From NCBI GenBank assembly GCA_051294905.1, contig CM119379.1:17360001-17424000 (forward strand): a stretch of 64,000 nucleotides of DNA, read 5' to 3'. Position 1 is the first letter of the stretch. Every line of letters starts with the position of its first letter. The translations under genes were made by a program, and so were the position numbers. This DNA is from Botryllus schlosseri. Its lineage: Eukaryota. Of the stretch, positions 22,901 to 34,900 are shown piece after piece. The notes beneath the pieces were generated by a model. The model saw only the letters and a list, made by a program, of their open reading frames with translations. It did not search any database and was not told the DNA's origin.

Positions 22901-25900
22901 CCCCTGATCTACAGTAACCGAATGACAGACGACTATGATCGGAACGGGGGATGTCATCACATTTCTGAAATATCTAACAATCCAAGGCGAAATCTGCAAC
23001 ACGATAATGTTCCGCTATCCGCTGCCCAAATTCAACAGAACTTTAACGTTTAAAGGCTGCTTAAAACAAGGCTCTCCCGAGACATCGTGAGTGGGCAGTC
23101 ATAAAAAAATTACGACAGCCGGAGATTATCAGTTAGCACCGTTAACGGCAAGATAGCGGCTTCCTTATCGGTGGGTCGCGAGTTCAATCCCCGGCCGCGC
23201 CCGATCAGTAAAACCGACATCTGTGGCTTCTTGGCGCTCGGCAAGCATTTTCTTTTATACGCATACGCAGACTGCACCCCCACCCGAATCACGAGGCCCT
23301 ACCATGAGACTTGTCGTGACAACAAATAAACTCATATTACCTTTGACGCGCCAGCGACGTTCCGATCGTCTTTTTTGCTCGGCTTGTTGGCAGGAGGTAG
23401 TAAACGATGTAAGATATACGACAAGCACGTGGTGTCCTTTGCATGATAGATAAAAAAATGTAAAGATGGTGCACGGCGGGACATCAGTTTCGCGACGGTA
23501 CCTGTTTTATGTCAGGCGAGATTCCGGCCGAGTAGGTGTGATACGCGATGTACGTGGCACACGTCGGATACGAGCTGACCAGTTCCGCGAGCAGCCGCAG
23601 GATTACGGATTTCGAGAACAGCGCGGTGTCCTGGTCGGCTGGAAAACGCAATGTTGCTAATCAGTACACTGATGCGACGTCTCTTGTCAGTGGATAGTTT
23701 CTATAGCAGTGGTTCTTCACCAATGTTCCACGGAACACCAACGGTTCCGTGGGCTAATCTCAGGTGTTCTACTGAAGGTTAAGACACGCACTCCACTCAT
23801 AAATATGATTTGTGATGACACGCCCGCCTTGGAAATCGAAACCCCATCCTTCTGAAATGCCAGTTCTATCTCCAACACTTGAAAGCTAATTTGTAGTTGA
23901 GCAGTTGGTATTACGCTGCTGTGTTTCGTCCGAACAATACTATGACAATTTTCAAGCGTGAAAATTATATTTTAATGGTTATGTTCTTTCAAGACTCCGT
24001 TGATGCACAGTTCATATTTCGCACACACAATATTTGTGGCATTACCATAACTTTTCGCATCTGTTTCTTGTTCAGACTATTGAAGACATTTTCGGTTGAG
24101 CTCGCTACGTTTCCTACCACGAACAGTACAACTATTTAGAACAATATTTCCTCCCCAATTTCTGCGTCATTCGCGTTCACAACGCAAGAGTGAAATGCAA
24201 TGTCTTTTACACAAGATACATGCTCCACCAGGACTACAAGACGCAATGTTAATGGGATAAAAAAAAACTAGCGAATTTATGTTTCCTGACGGACAATGTG
24301 AGTTTACGGTTAATCAGCACCGCCTAAACCGACAGTCCGGAAATTTAGTGCTCGAGTTGCGACGTAAGAAGCATACAGAATCGATATAAGACGTTCAAAT
24401 ATTTCAATTTACGTCAGCCATGTTTATCTTGTCTGGATTAATCCAGGCCCAGATTGTCGACAACGCCTCTATCTGCGTGACAAATGGAATTGCATACAAA
24501 GCAGGCCTGTCAGTTTCGGGAAATTTGCCGTATTGAAAGCTATCATTACAATTTACTTTACGAACTACTCTTGCAATTCCATTTACCATCAAATTTCGTA
24601 ACAGACTTTACTTCATTTTCATGATAATAGCACCGCAGTACTGTACTACAAGCACAGTCTAAAAATCTCCAATAGGCTTGGGATGTTCTCAAAGTCACAG
24701 TGCACACCACAGACCGGAAAACAGGTACAATGTGACATACTTTTGTCCGATTTAGCTTTTTCAGCATCAGCCTTCGACTTGTCGTCTTTAGATTCTTGAG
24801 AATTCTATAAAAAAGACGACACAAATCTGTTTACCGACCGGGTGACGAGTACGAAAAAGACGAATATTGGTTAGCTCGGATGTTCTTGACCAGGGTTCGC
24901 TGAGCTAGTTTCAGGAGTTTGTCGGATGTCACGACACAGAACTGCCTCTTAAAACAGAAGTCTCACTGATCCGCAGTAAATATTTATTGTAATCTTTTTG
25001 TTCGGGGTGAAAATCATATTTTATTCTTTCAACACTGCTGTTGACGCATAGTTCATTTTGTGCGCCGATATTCCATCGCAGCGGTCGGCAACATTTTTAA
25101 GAGCCAGCCCAATTGAATGGAAAATGAAACAAACGTTTACATGCGACCACATTTTGTTTTCTGATACTTGGAAAAATGTTTCAAGTAATGCTCAAGTTGA
25201 GTAGTTATTTACGTGCACATAGAGAGAAATCTTCACACACAAAAGTATTCCAAAATGATTGTTTTTACTATGATACAATAACCACATGAATTGGATTTCA
25301 CGAACACAGAATTGTGGATTTGTTTCAACGTTTAATTTGCACTGTTGATTCGATGGTAGCTGTAGCGCTTGAAATGTATACTATCCACCAGTTTGTAAAT
25401 ACACGACGTGCCTTTGTACATGAGCTTAACCACATATCATGCTCTTCTCACAATCGATTACAATGTTTCGTTATTATTATATCAATGCGTTGAATCTGAC
25501 TTCACACATAAAAGTCGTGAGATTTACAAATCCAAACATCATTAATGTCAGGGCATCATTGCCCCCTCTAAATTGCCTAGGAACGTAAAAATCGGCTGCA
25601 TTCAAAACACAGGCAAAGGTTGCAAAATAGAACAAAAAAGTGTCAGTCTATATTCAGCATTGCATTGAAACCATAATTAATATAATAAGTTGAGTCATGG
25701 CGACCGACAGGTTGCTGACCACTGTTATATAGTTATGTGTTAGATGTGTAGGGCCGTCGATTTTTGTTTGTGTCTCAGCAAAGTCTGCGGTTCGCCACAA
25801 AGACTTCCAGATTAGCACAACGGTTTGTCATGTTAGTAAACGTCAAGAACAACCGAGTTAACTATTGGATGCATGCGAGTATCGCCACCAAGTGTAAACG

Positions 25901-28900
25901 TACAAAGGCACGAGAAATCAAAGTGCAAAAAGAGAGCGAAACGAAATAGGGGTCCGTTCTTACGGAAGGATAGAATACGTCCGTGGCGTCTTGTGAGCCA
26001 TGCGACGGTCCTTCTTCCGTGACGGGAGCCACGCTGCCCTGGCGAAGCACCGCTGCGCGTTCCTCTTCGCGGACTGCGGCTGCTTCGCTCTCGCTGTACC
26101 GGCGGTTCATGTCGTCTGCGGCCTGGGGGCAGGAAAAACCGGGTGTTGATTCACGCGTAGTCCGTGTGAATCTAGGGTCGGCGCCCGGCATGCAACACCG
26201 CGCAAGACAACGGAACGGACAAACGTGCGGCTCAAATTCAAGAGTTCGATTCTGATGGCAGGCGCGGATGCGCACAATGAATGTACGAGTGTAAAATTGC
26301 CAGGACACCGTCGTGAAGATAATACAAAAATAAATTGCCTACAGCAGAGTGTGAACTCTTAGACACATCTCAAGCAATCGCTAAAATAATTGGTTGACTT
26401 TTTACTGTCATATTTGATTGTTTTTTAGAGGTGGTCACTTTTTCAAAGTATTCACATAGGACATGTTGACTTGCCAATCTACTTATGATAACAACACTTA
26501 CAATTTGGTAGTAGTTTCGCGGTACAACGTTAAGTACGAAATTGTCATAACAATTGCGCGATGTGTCCACTGTATTATAGTAACCAAATTTATTTCAAAA
26601 AATTCGCACCTCCTTGTACTGTTTTGAATCTTTTTGCGTTAGTCGCGAAGACGCACTTTGAAACTTTTGAAATTGAAACTATCTGTTACCTGCCAAAATC
26701 ATGCGACGCCCACCGACCAAATCTACTCGAAATACCATTTATACCTTCATTTTCAACTTCCGCTTGAAATAGCATTCACACATCTTGAAAAGCTCTTGAC
26801 CGGTGGGAGCACTTCTGAATTTTTCATTGCATTGCATTCCGATACATTAGTTTTGTAAGTAGCAACGACTGTTTTGGTACGCTATCTTTAAATCGATTTT
26901 ATCCACGCTGGAATAATAGTGGAAAGGGTTGACACCAAACCGATCGCAGACACCGTAACGTCGCATGCAAGTTTGGTGGTGATTCACGGCCACGCAGAAC
27001 ATAAGTAGCCCAACCACGTAACAAAGAGCAAATCATTGCATGCTATAAAATATGGAAATATTGCAGCCGGTGAACAAATGCACATAATCCGATCGCAAGG
27101 CATATCAAACGCATGCGGTCAAAAACCGAAATAAACCAAAATCTCACCGACGACTCGTCCTGATTCTGCGATAAATTCAACAAAAATTTGCAATACTCTC
27201 CCGGCGTGTCGTACGGAAAGACAAAACCCTTACCTTTCTCAAATGAAGCGCCATAGATGTGACAGATGATGCTGATTTCGAGTGCGCTTTTCCGGGTGGT
27301 TCTAAAATCACGAACACAGTTCAGAACACCGTCGCTGTGCCCACGTACATGATATATACCGGTATCCAGGTGCGGCCTATCGTTCCTGACTAAAGCGTTC
27401 AATAGTAGCTGTAAGATATGCCTCGTCATGTGGTTCAGAGCGGCTTTCGGCTTCGAATGGGCGCCGGGGTCTTTGACCAGCTCGAGAATCTGCACAGCTT
27501 CGTTGTTCATCATACGAGTTTCTTCTTCTTCAATGCCTGTCGACGGTGAAAATTGTACGTGCCGCAAAAACTTTGCGTGATGCTAGACGCCGTGTATTTG
27601 GTTCTTAAATTCCAGTGGCAAAGTAACGCAAAGACGCGTCTTGGGACACATTTAACGGACTTCCCACACTTCAATGTGTAACTTTAAAGGTAATGGTGTG
27701 CTAAGACTGCGTTCCAGAATACCGCTATGCAGCAGTAACAATTTAATATTTACTAAAGAGATTTTAATTTCACTTTCAAGTATGCAATACGGATACATGA
27801 TTCGCGATAACCTTCAGACATCATCATGGCCGAACAACATATTAGAACAATTATGTGGCTGCCGTCAAATGGGAAATGCCCTCGATATTGAGGATTTCAT
27901 TGCATCAAAAAGATTCACGCCCTAGACTTATACAGATTTATAGATTAGATAGATTAAAAGCGAAAGGGATGTCAGCCTCCATGCTGTACATTATCCTGTT
28001 CAAAAAAATTTCCTTTTCCAATTCTTGCTTGCTAGGTGATTAAATCGTCAGGTTGCCAAAATAAAAAAGATTTTTGGTCATGTCGGAGTGACGAAATTTG
28101 CCACCGTAAATACTATTATTTCAGAAATAAACAAAATTTCACTTTGGCAGTTATCGGCATATACTGGTTGGAATCGAGTCAAATTTGGTGTGCATCGTTT
28201 TCTATGCAACCTGACGATTTAATCACCTAGCAAGCAAGTTTTAGGATTTGAACAGCCCTACTGTACATCGATTGATGGACTTTGTATATACCGGCTAACA
28301 AATCGATAGTAACCAAGCGATCTCAACAACAGTTGGCAAAGACGGAAATGAAATTACATCACAGCAGAAAATCCATACCAAACTCCCGGATTGCAACACC
28401 AAAATTCGGCTGACGACCAAGTCAACAAACAACGCCGTTGCAAAATTCCATTTTTGCAAAAATTCCGAATAGCGCCCAATCGATTCCGGACAGGTTCAGA
28501 CCTCGAAGCCGAGAATTGGCCCACACAGCAAGCATGTTCAAGAGAACCACTTGTCTATCAAACTCTTTCCGAATGACACACAGTCACACAGAGCACAGAC
28601 CGACAGGATGCTCGTCAGCGCTTTTGATTTCGGGGAATCGTCTTTCCAACGCCGCGAGCGCAAATTCAAAACGGAAACGTGACGCTGGTGACAAACATGC
28701 CCAAACTACGTCGCTAGCGGCGCCCGATAACCAACCACAAAAACCAACGCCCTGAGCAGACTTGCACAAACTAATGGATTTTCAAAATACACAAGAACTA
28801 GACAGAGCTCAAATTAACAATCTTTAGAAATCCACATCCAACTACCTAAAACACAACTCACGTACATGCAATACCAAGTAACTCATTAATTTTTGTTTTA

Positions 28901-31900
28901 TCGGAATCAGATCGCCTTTCCACATGAACTGAACATGAAATGGTAGGGGTTTCGACAATAAAAATGCACCTCATGGCTACGCGACTGTTATTAATTATGA
29001 CTCTGAAATTGCAATGACAGCAAGAACATTACGCAACGGAACACCGGGTATCGCGAATGACGCCAAATGATGACGAGTGTTTGCTAGTTGTTCGGAAACA
29101 AATTTTTTAAAATACGTAACTAGAACTACAACCAGAACTATTCGAAAAAACAGTGGCACAAGTCTGGCCCTGCGTTAACGGCACTCACGAGATATTTTCG
29201 AGCTCGGCATCGATATCCGAAAGTGAGACTTGCACACGTCTAAAAACAAGTCCGGGCTGCGGCAGGCCATCGGCGCCAGAGCCTGCAGTACGTAGTACAT
29301 CTCGCGGTTGGCCAGGGTCGACGAAGAAACTCCATTAGCGGGACTCGGCACGCCCCGCGTCGCAGCTATCCTGACAGTCTGAGAGAGTAAAAGAGTGAGA
29401 TTTAATTCGTCAATCGATGAAGTATAGAAAAGTAAGTCGAAATATGCGGCACAAAACAATGCTTCATCGATATTGACTTGTACCAGTGATATTATCGTGA
29501 TGACATTCATGTCAACCAGAAGCGGAATACATAGTTCTTCAACAATCATGAAGCTATAGATTGATCTATGATCTTCATAAAACTTGATAATTATATTCGT
29601 AATATCGTGTTTTGTATGAAAAGAGAAGTCCAATTTTAAATACTATGAAAAAAGAATAAAAGTAAAAAAAATCAACCCAGATCCGACTATTACACACAAG
29701 ATATCATACAGAATTCAATCATATGACTCACTGACCAGTAATGATAAATGAAGACAAGGAATACACACATACAACGACGTCAATTAACAAAACAAATTCG
29801 AGAAGTGTAACTGGTGATAATACTATTGAGAATCTCGCTGGACAACTCACCTTCTCCATGGCGTAGCGCAGAGTGTCGGCGTCTTCGAAAATGTGAGAGA
29901 AAATTAGGGTGGCGAGAGACGAGAAGCCGGCAAAGTCGCTTTGTTTCGTAAGGCTCAGCAGAGCTTGCGGGCCTTCTAGCTTCACGAACGTGACAGCCCT
30001 TTCGTGGCCGCCGGGCCGGTCGCTTCTGGTTAGTCTGAACAAAGGTTCGCTATTAGCGATATCAGCCAGCTCCAAACACGTGCGTTAAGTGTAATGTCGC
30101 TGTAGTAAAGGCCCACCTTCCGACTGAACTACATTGTGTTGTACATAACATTGTGCCTTATCAGAATTTTCATAATGTCAGTGGCAAAGTTGGCATAAAA
30201 TGGTTCAAAATAACTCTCAACTACGAAATCCTAATGGCTCCAATTATATTTATAGCTCGGCTAATCACACAACTGAACTACTACGGGCGTTGTACCTAAC
30301 AAAGCGGCGCTATATCACAACTTTCCCTTCTGTGAGCAGCAAAGTTGCTTTAAAATGGTTAAAATTAGATGAAATCCTGATAGAAACTATACTCTCCACC
30401 AGCTCCGCTAGACCGCTAGCACCGCTTTAATCATTGATACACTGCAACCTCTAAAATATAGCCTCCGCCTGGAACAAACAATATCAAGGATACATCGTTA
30501 CAAAAATATCTCTACATCGCATCGACCGGCAGGTTGTGCCAATGTTCAAATATCCAGATGGCAACAGAAACTGATTTCGGCGCGCACCGCAAGAAAATGG
30601 TCAAATGTGCATTTTTGTTCGATCAGAAATCGCTTTCATGTTGCAAAGTCAGCGAAAGTAACAACAGCCGTCGACTTTACAGTAAAGCTAATGTCCTCAA
30701 TCGCAATCCCAATTCCAAACACGTAAGACGTTCGGAAACTTCACGTAACTGATCTTGTTAGAGACAGGGATTACATTACAGTTTTCAACCATAACTGTAT
30801 CCGGAAATTACCATGCCGGAATCCAGGACCGCGAGTATCAGCACACAAACGAACTGACGCTATAACTTCCACATTATCACAGTGAATAAGCGCTTTTGTC
30901 ATTACCTCAGCAAGAGTCTCATCGCCGCATGTACCGTGTCGCCGCGTATGGGAACCTTCAGCAGGTTAGTACAGGACTGCAATAAAGACCGAGATTGCGC
31001 TCCGCTCAATCCGCGCCAGACCTCGTCATCGTCCTTTGCCGTCGCAGCGCTGTAATCAGTCTCCATCGACGTATCTGAAAGCGCACAGAAGCATATGTCA
31101 ATCTAGACGCAATACAATCGGTGATTGTTCCATAACCGTATATCCTTTTAAATGTCCCACGTCAGATAACAAGCTTTGCCGAGTCCCAAGTCCCAACAGG
31201 ACTGCCATTAGATATGGCGGGTTCATAAAGTCTTCCTTGCGGTCGCTAAGTGGCCTACTCTCTTACATTCTCCGCTAAGCTATCTCCATGCTCCTAAGCT
31301 CAGAGTAGAATGCTTGAATCTTCCGATCGTGCAGAAAATACAACTCCGCCACTATGATTACTATCTATACTTTAAAATAAGGAATTTTCAGAAACTTTTT
31401 CCAAGCAAACTAAAACTACGACTGTAAAAACTACAAGTCTACTCTTACGGTGCTGAAACAAGTCAAACACGTCACCTTCTTTTTCAACTTTGACAGACGC
31501 GGCCGATTTATCGTCGGCGGCCTTCTTCCTTTCAAACAGAAGGATAATCGGCCGTCTGTTGCCCGATTCTTCGTTGACTTGTATCATTTGGTGAAAATTC
31601 ACCGTATACCTCCGTCTGCCGGCCGTGAATCTGTAACCGCAAAGTAAGGAGGTAAGTCGACAGACCCGACAAGTGCCAATCCACTTATCGTCCAAACTAG
31701 CTATACCAAGTGAGAAGATGCGGGATAAATGCACCCAACCGCGTCTCATAGACATGCATACAGACAGAGTTGAGCGATTACAAAATTTTCAGCTTTTCAA
31801 TTGGAATTAGAATTGTACCAACACAATTTTTTTCGAAATTAGATTGGATTAGAAATGCCGAATTCGCAAGAACTTGGAAATCGAATTGGATTCCTTCCGT

Positions 31901-34900
31901 ACTAGAGAGAAACACAACAAAAATCGAGTTCAATTCTTATCAAATCAGAGTATGATAATGACAAATACGTGTACAAACTGTACAGTTGTGCCCTCGTGGA
32001 GTTTTCAGGAAAATCAGAAATTAGATCAGAATTGAAATTAGAGCAGAGAAACTTGTCAAAAATTAAATTAGAACTTGATTACCGAAATATCTAGTCAAAA
32101 ATCTCTAGTCTGCATGGAGAAGCACGTAGACGCAAGGCACAGAGCATCACACAAATTTAGAGGTCATGTATTGTTCGAACCAAACCGGGCGTTACACAGC
32201 TGTTCAGTAGTACAGCTATTGCTGCTCAGACAGATAAGGTTCAAATAATGTGGAAAAAACGGTGTTGCCAGCGTTACCCAAAGTGAGCAATATCGCTCTC
32301 TGGGGCGATATAGTGATAACACGGGGGCAAAAAAAGGAAGTGGGATATTGGGGGCAAAAATTTGGAGGCGCACATCCGATACGATCGATAACGTACCTAA
32401 TAATGGCGACGCCGTCTTTGTACGCATCCTCCAAGATCGTCGAATTCGTCTTGCTGTAAGCGCTCCACTTTCCAGAGCGGTCGTCGAACCATTTCCACGT
32501 AGGGGCGTAGCCTTTGAAACGATCCAACACCTTGACGCGTCGCTTGTGAACGCACGATCTTTCGTAGAGGTCGATAAGCAACAGCGCCGACGAGATCCAG
32601 CTAAAACAGGATTGCAAGTCTTGATATGACATCTCTGCACCAATCAAGAAGACCTTTCCGACTCCGATAAATGACGGAATTTTAAAGATGAACGGTTCGA
32701 GACTCAAATCAATTTGAAGTGTCGACCACACAGTACAAGCGGATTGGTGGCATTATTTTTAATTAATACTTTGTAATTGCTCCAAGCCATTGTTGCCGAG
32801 TGAGAAATAGGCCCTCGGCACTCAGTTACTGAAATTACTCGGGGATACAGAGTCACCGACAAGCTGTTCTTACCAAAATCGAGAAATGTATTTACGGTCT
32901 AGTGTGAAACAGAAAACAGTACGGTGATGCTACGATTTTAGAAAACTACGGACCACTGCCATAATGTCATCTCTATGACAGTAGGATATCCCGCGTATCA
33001 ACATCAAAGTAAGGAGTGATAAAGACCAAGGGTGGGAATTCCAGTTGTATGCTCATCACCAACTGGGAGACATCAATGAAACTCATTGCTTTGATATTTT
33101 CTCCTCACTGTACCGGACTTGAAATAGCGAGTGCCTTGTCATATCATTTAAAACCTTTAGCACGACAATGCAATGCACGGGCTCACACGATCAGTGTAAC
33201 TTGAATGATCTTCATTTAATGTGATGGTACCAAATGTAGGTCTACATATTTGAACTGGAGTTGAGACTAACTATTCGCAGTTCAAATCATCATCTCAGCA
33301 ATGTGACAATTAATTAAACAAAAAGCCAAACACTTGACCAGTCGGGATTTCAAATTTTTCCGACATCTTGAAAAGTTAGCGTAAGGCAAAGTCGCAGCCT
33401 ATATTTCAAAGTCATCCACGAATATGCAATCGGACATGCCTTGAAAGTGACACCTGTTCTGTACTTTGAGCTGATTGATTGTAATTAACTGGTGCCGGGC
33501 ACATTCCGTTCGCAACTTAATCGACGCGAACGCGGCAATTTGCCACCGAATCCATCAACGCATCGTGTAATTTGACAAAGAACGACAAGTGCTTGAAATG
33601 TAAGCCTTTTACCCGCATAACCAGGCTAGACGTTAATCATGAGGCCCAGACTGTAATTTTACGCCGCAGGATTTTCATCAAATTACGGATGCCGTACATT
33701 TAGACGAGTACATTTACAAGGACTGGTGTAGCGTTTTAGCACCGATATGCAGTAGAAAAGTGACTGTAAATAGACGGTAAATTGTTTTCTGTAAGCAAAT
33801 GTTACTTTAAAGACGTCTGTCAAGACCCGCCTTTGGAACGGCTGTTCCGAGGAGCTTAAATCATAGCAATAGCCCACGAGAGTTTCGAGGTCTTCTGGGT
33901 TTCATCGCAGCCATTAAAACACTCGGGATAATCAAGTATAATTCGAATCACTTCATCAAAAACTGGAAACGGATCAGTTTTTTTCTAAATCTAAAACATT
34001 TCTAAAGCGATTTGACATTCCGAGGCCACCGCAAAGACGTCACAATCAAACGGCCGACAAAACGCCAAATAATTATCCGGCTATCTCAAAAACCGCAGCG
34101 CACAGTGAGCTAGTTTTGTGGTGTCGTATAAGTCGGTTTCGCGTCTTTGAAATGTGACGCGTCACTTTATAGCCAGAAACTATCTGTACAACAATCGGTT
34201 TACAGACCCAAACGAATCTCGCGCACATCTTCACAAAAATGACACTGACGAGACGACTTTGCATGTTACGAATTTTGCAGACAACTTGACGGCGAAGGGA
34301 GCAGTTGTCAGCCTAGTAGAAATTGTGCTAAAAGCCAGGCACCGTGATCAAGTGCTTTCAAAGGTCATGTTGAAGTACATAAGCCACTGCAATGACCTAG
34401 TCCGCACTGCAGCCTGGGATATCATTTTAACATCGAGAATTCGCCCACGGCAAGGTAAACAACACCGAATTAACTAGACCAACGTAATCCCGCTGAAAGC
34501 ACAACTAAGGTCTGTTTAATCGCGATCATTTTCCCATGACAGTGGCAAAAGCAATCATCGTTGGTAAATAGAAACGGAAGTAGTCTAAAATAATATCCAC
34601 TGCAGTACGTAGTGAAGTAGGCAAACTCAGTACATCGAAAAACTACAAGTTCTATGTAACTGACACAGTCAGGACACTGCAACACAATCTGGACACTGCA
34701 ACACAATCAGGACACTGCAACACAATCAGGACCCGCAACACAATCAGGACGCCGCTAAATCCATCACAACGCATACTCACTCTGGCGCAGTCTCCTGCTT
34801 TTTGTCACCGGTCAGCAAGCAGTACGATCCTGTCTGCAGTATCTGCACCAACTTCTGTATCACGTTATTGCCGTGCAACGCGACAGCACACAGATCGGAA

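Noticed and set aside
24836-24948. Exon-like segment with an AAG acceptor and a GTAAAC donor
   Set aside because: No frame gives phases compatible with the flanking exons without a stop or an impossibly short (31-nt) intron.
33190-33295. Possible C/D box snoRNA (AUGAUGA...CUGA, minus strand)
   Set aside because: No terminal stem, no clear C'/D' boxes and no recognisable rRNA guide sequence.
34672-34750. Regular repeats that might be read as a CRISPR array
   Set aside because: Head-to-tail 19-mers with no spacers in a eukaryotic intron; a minisatellite.
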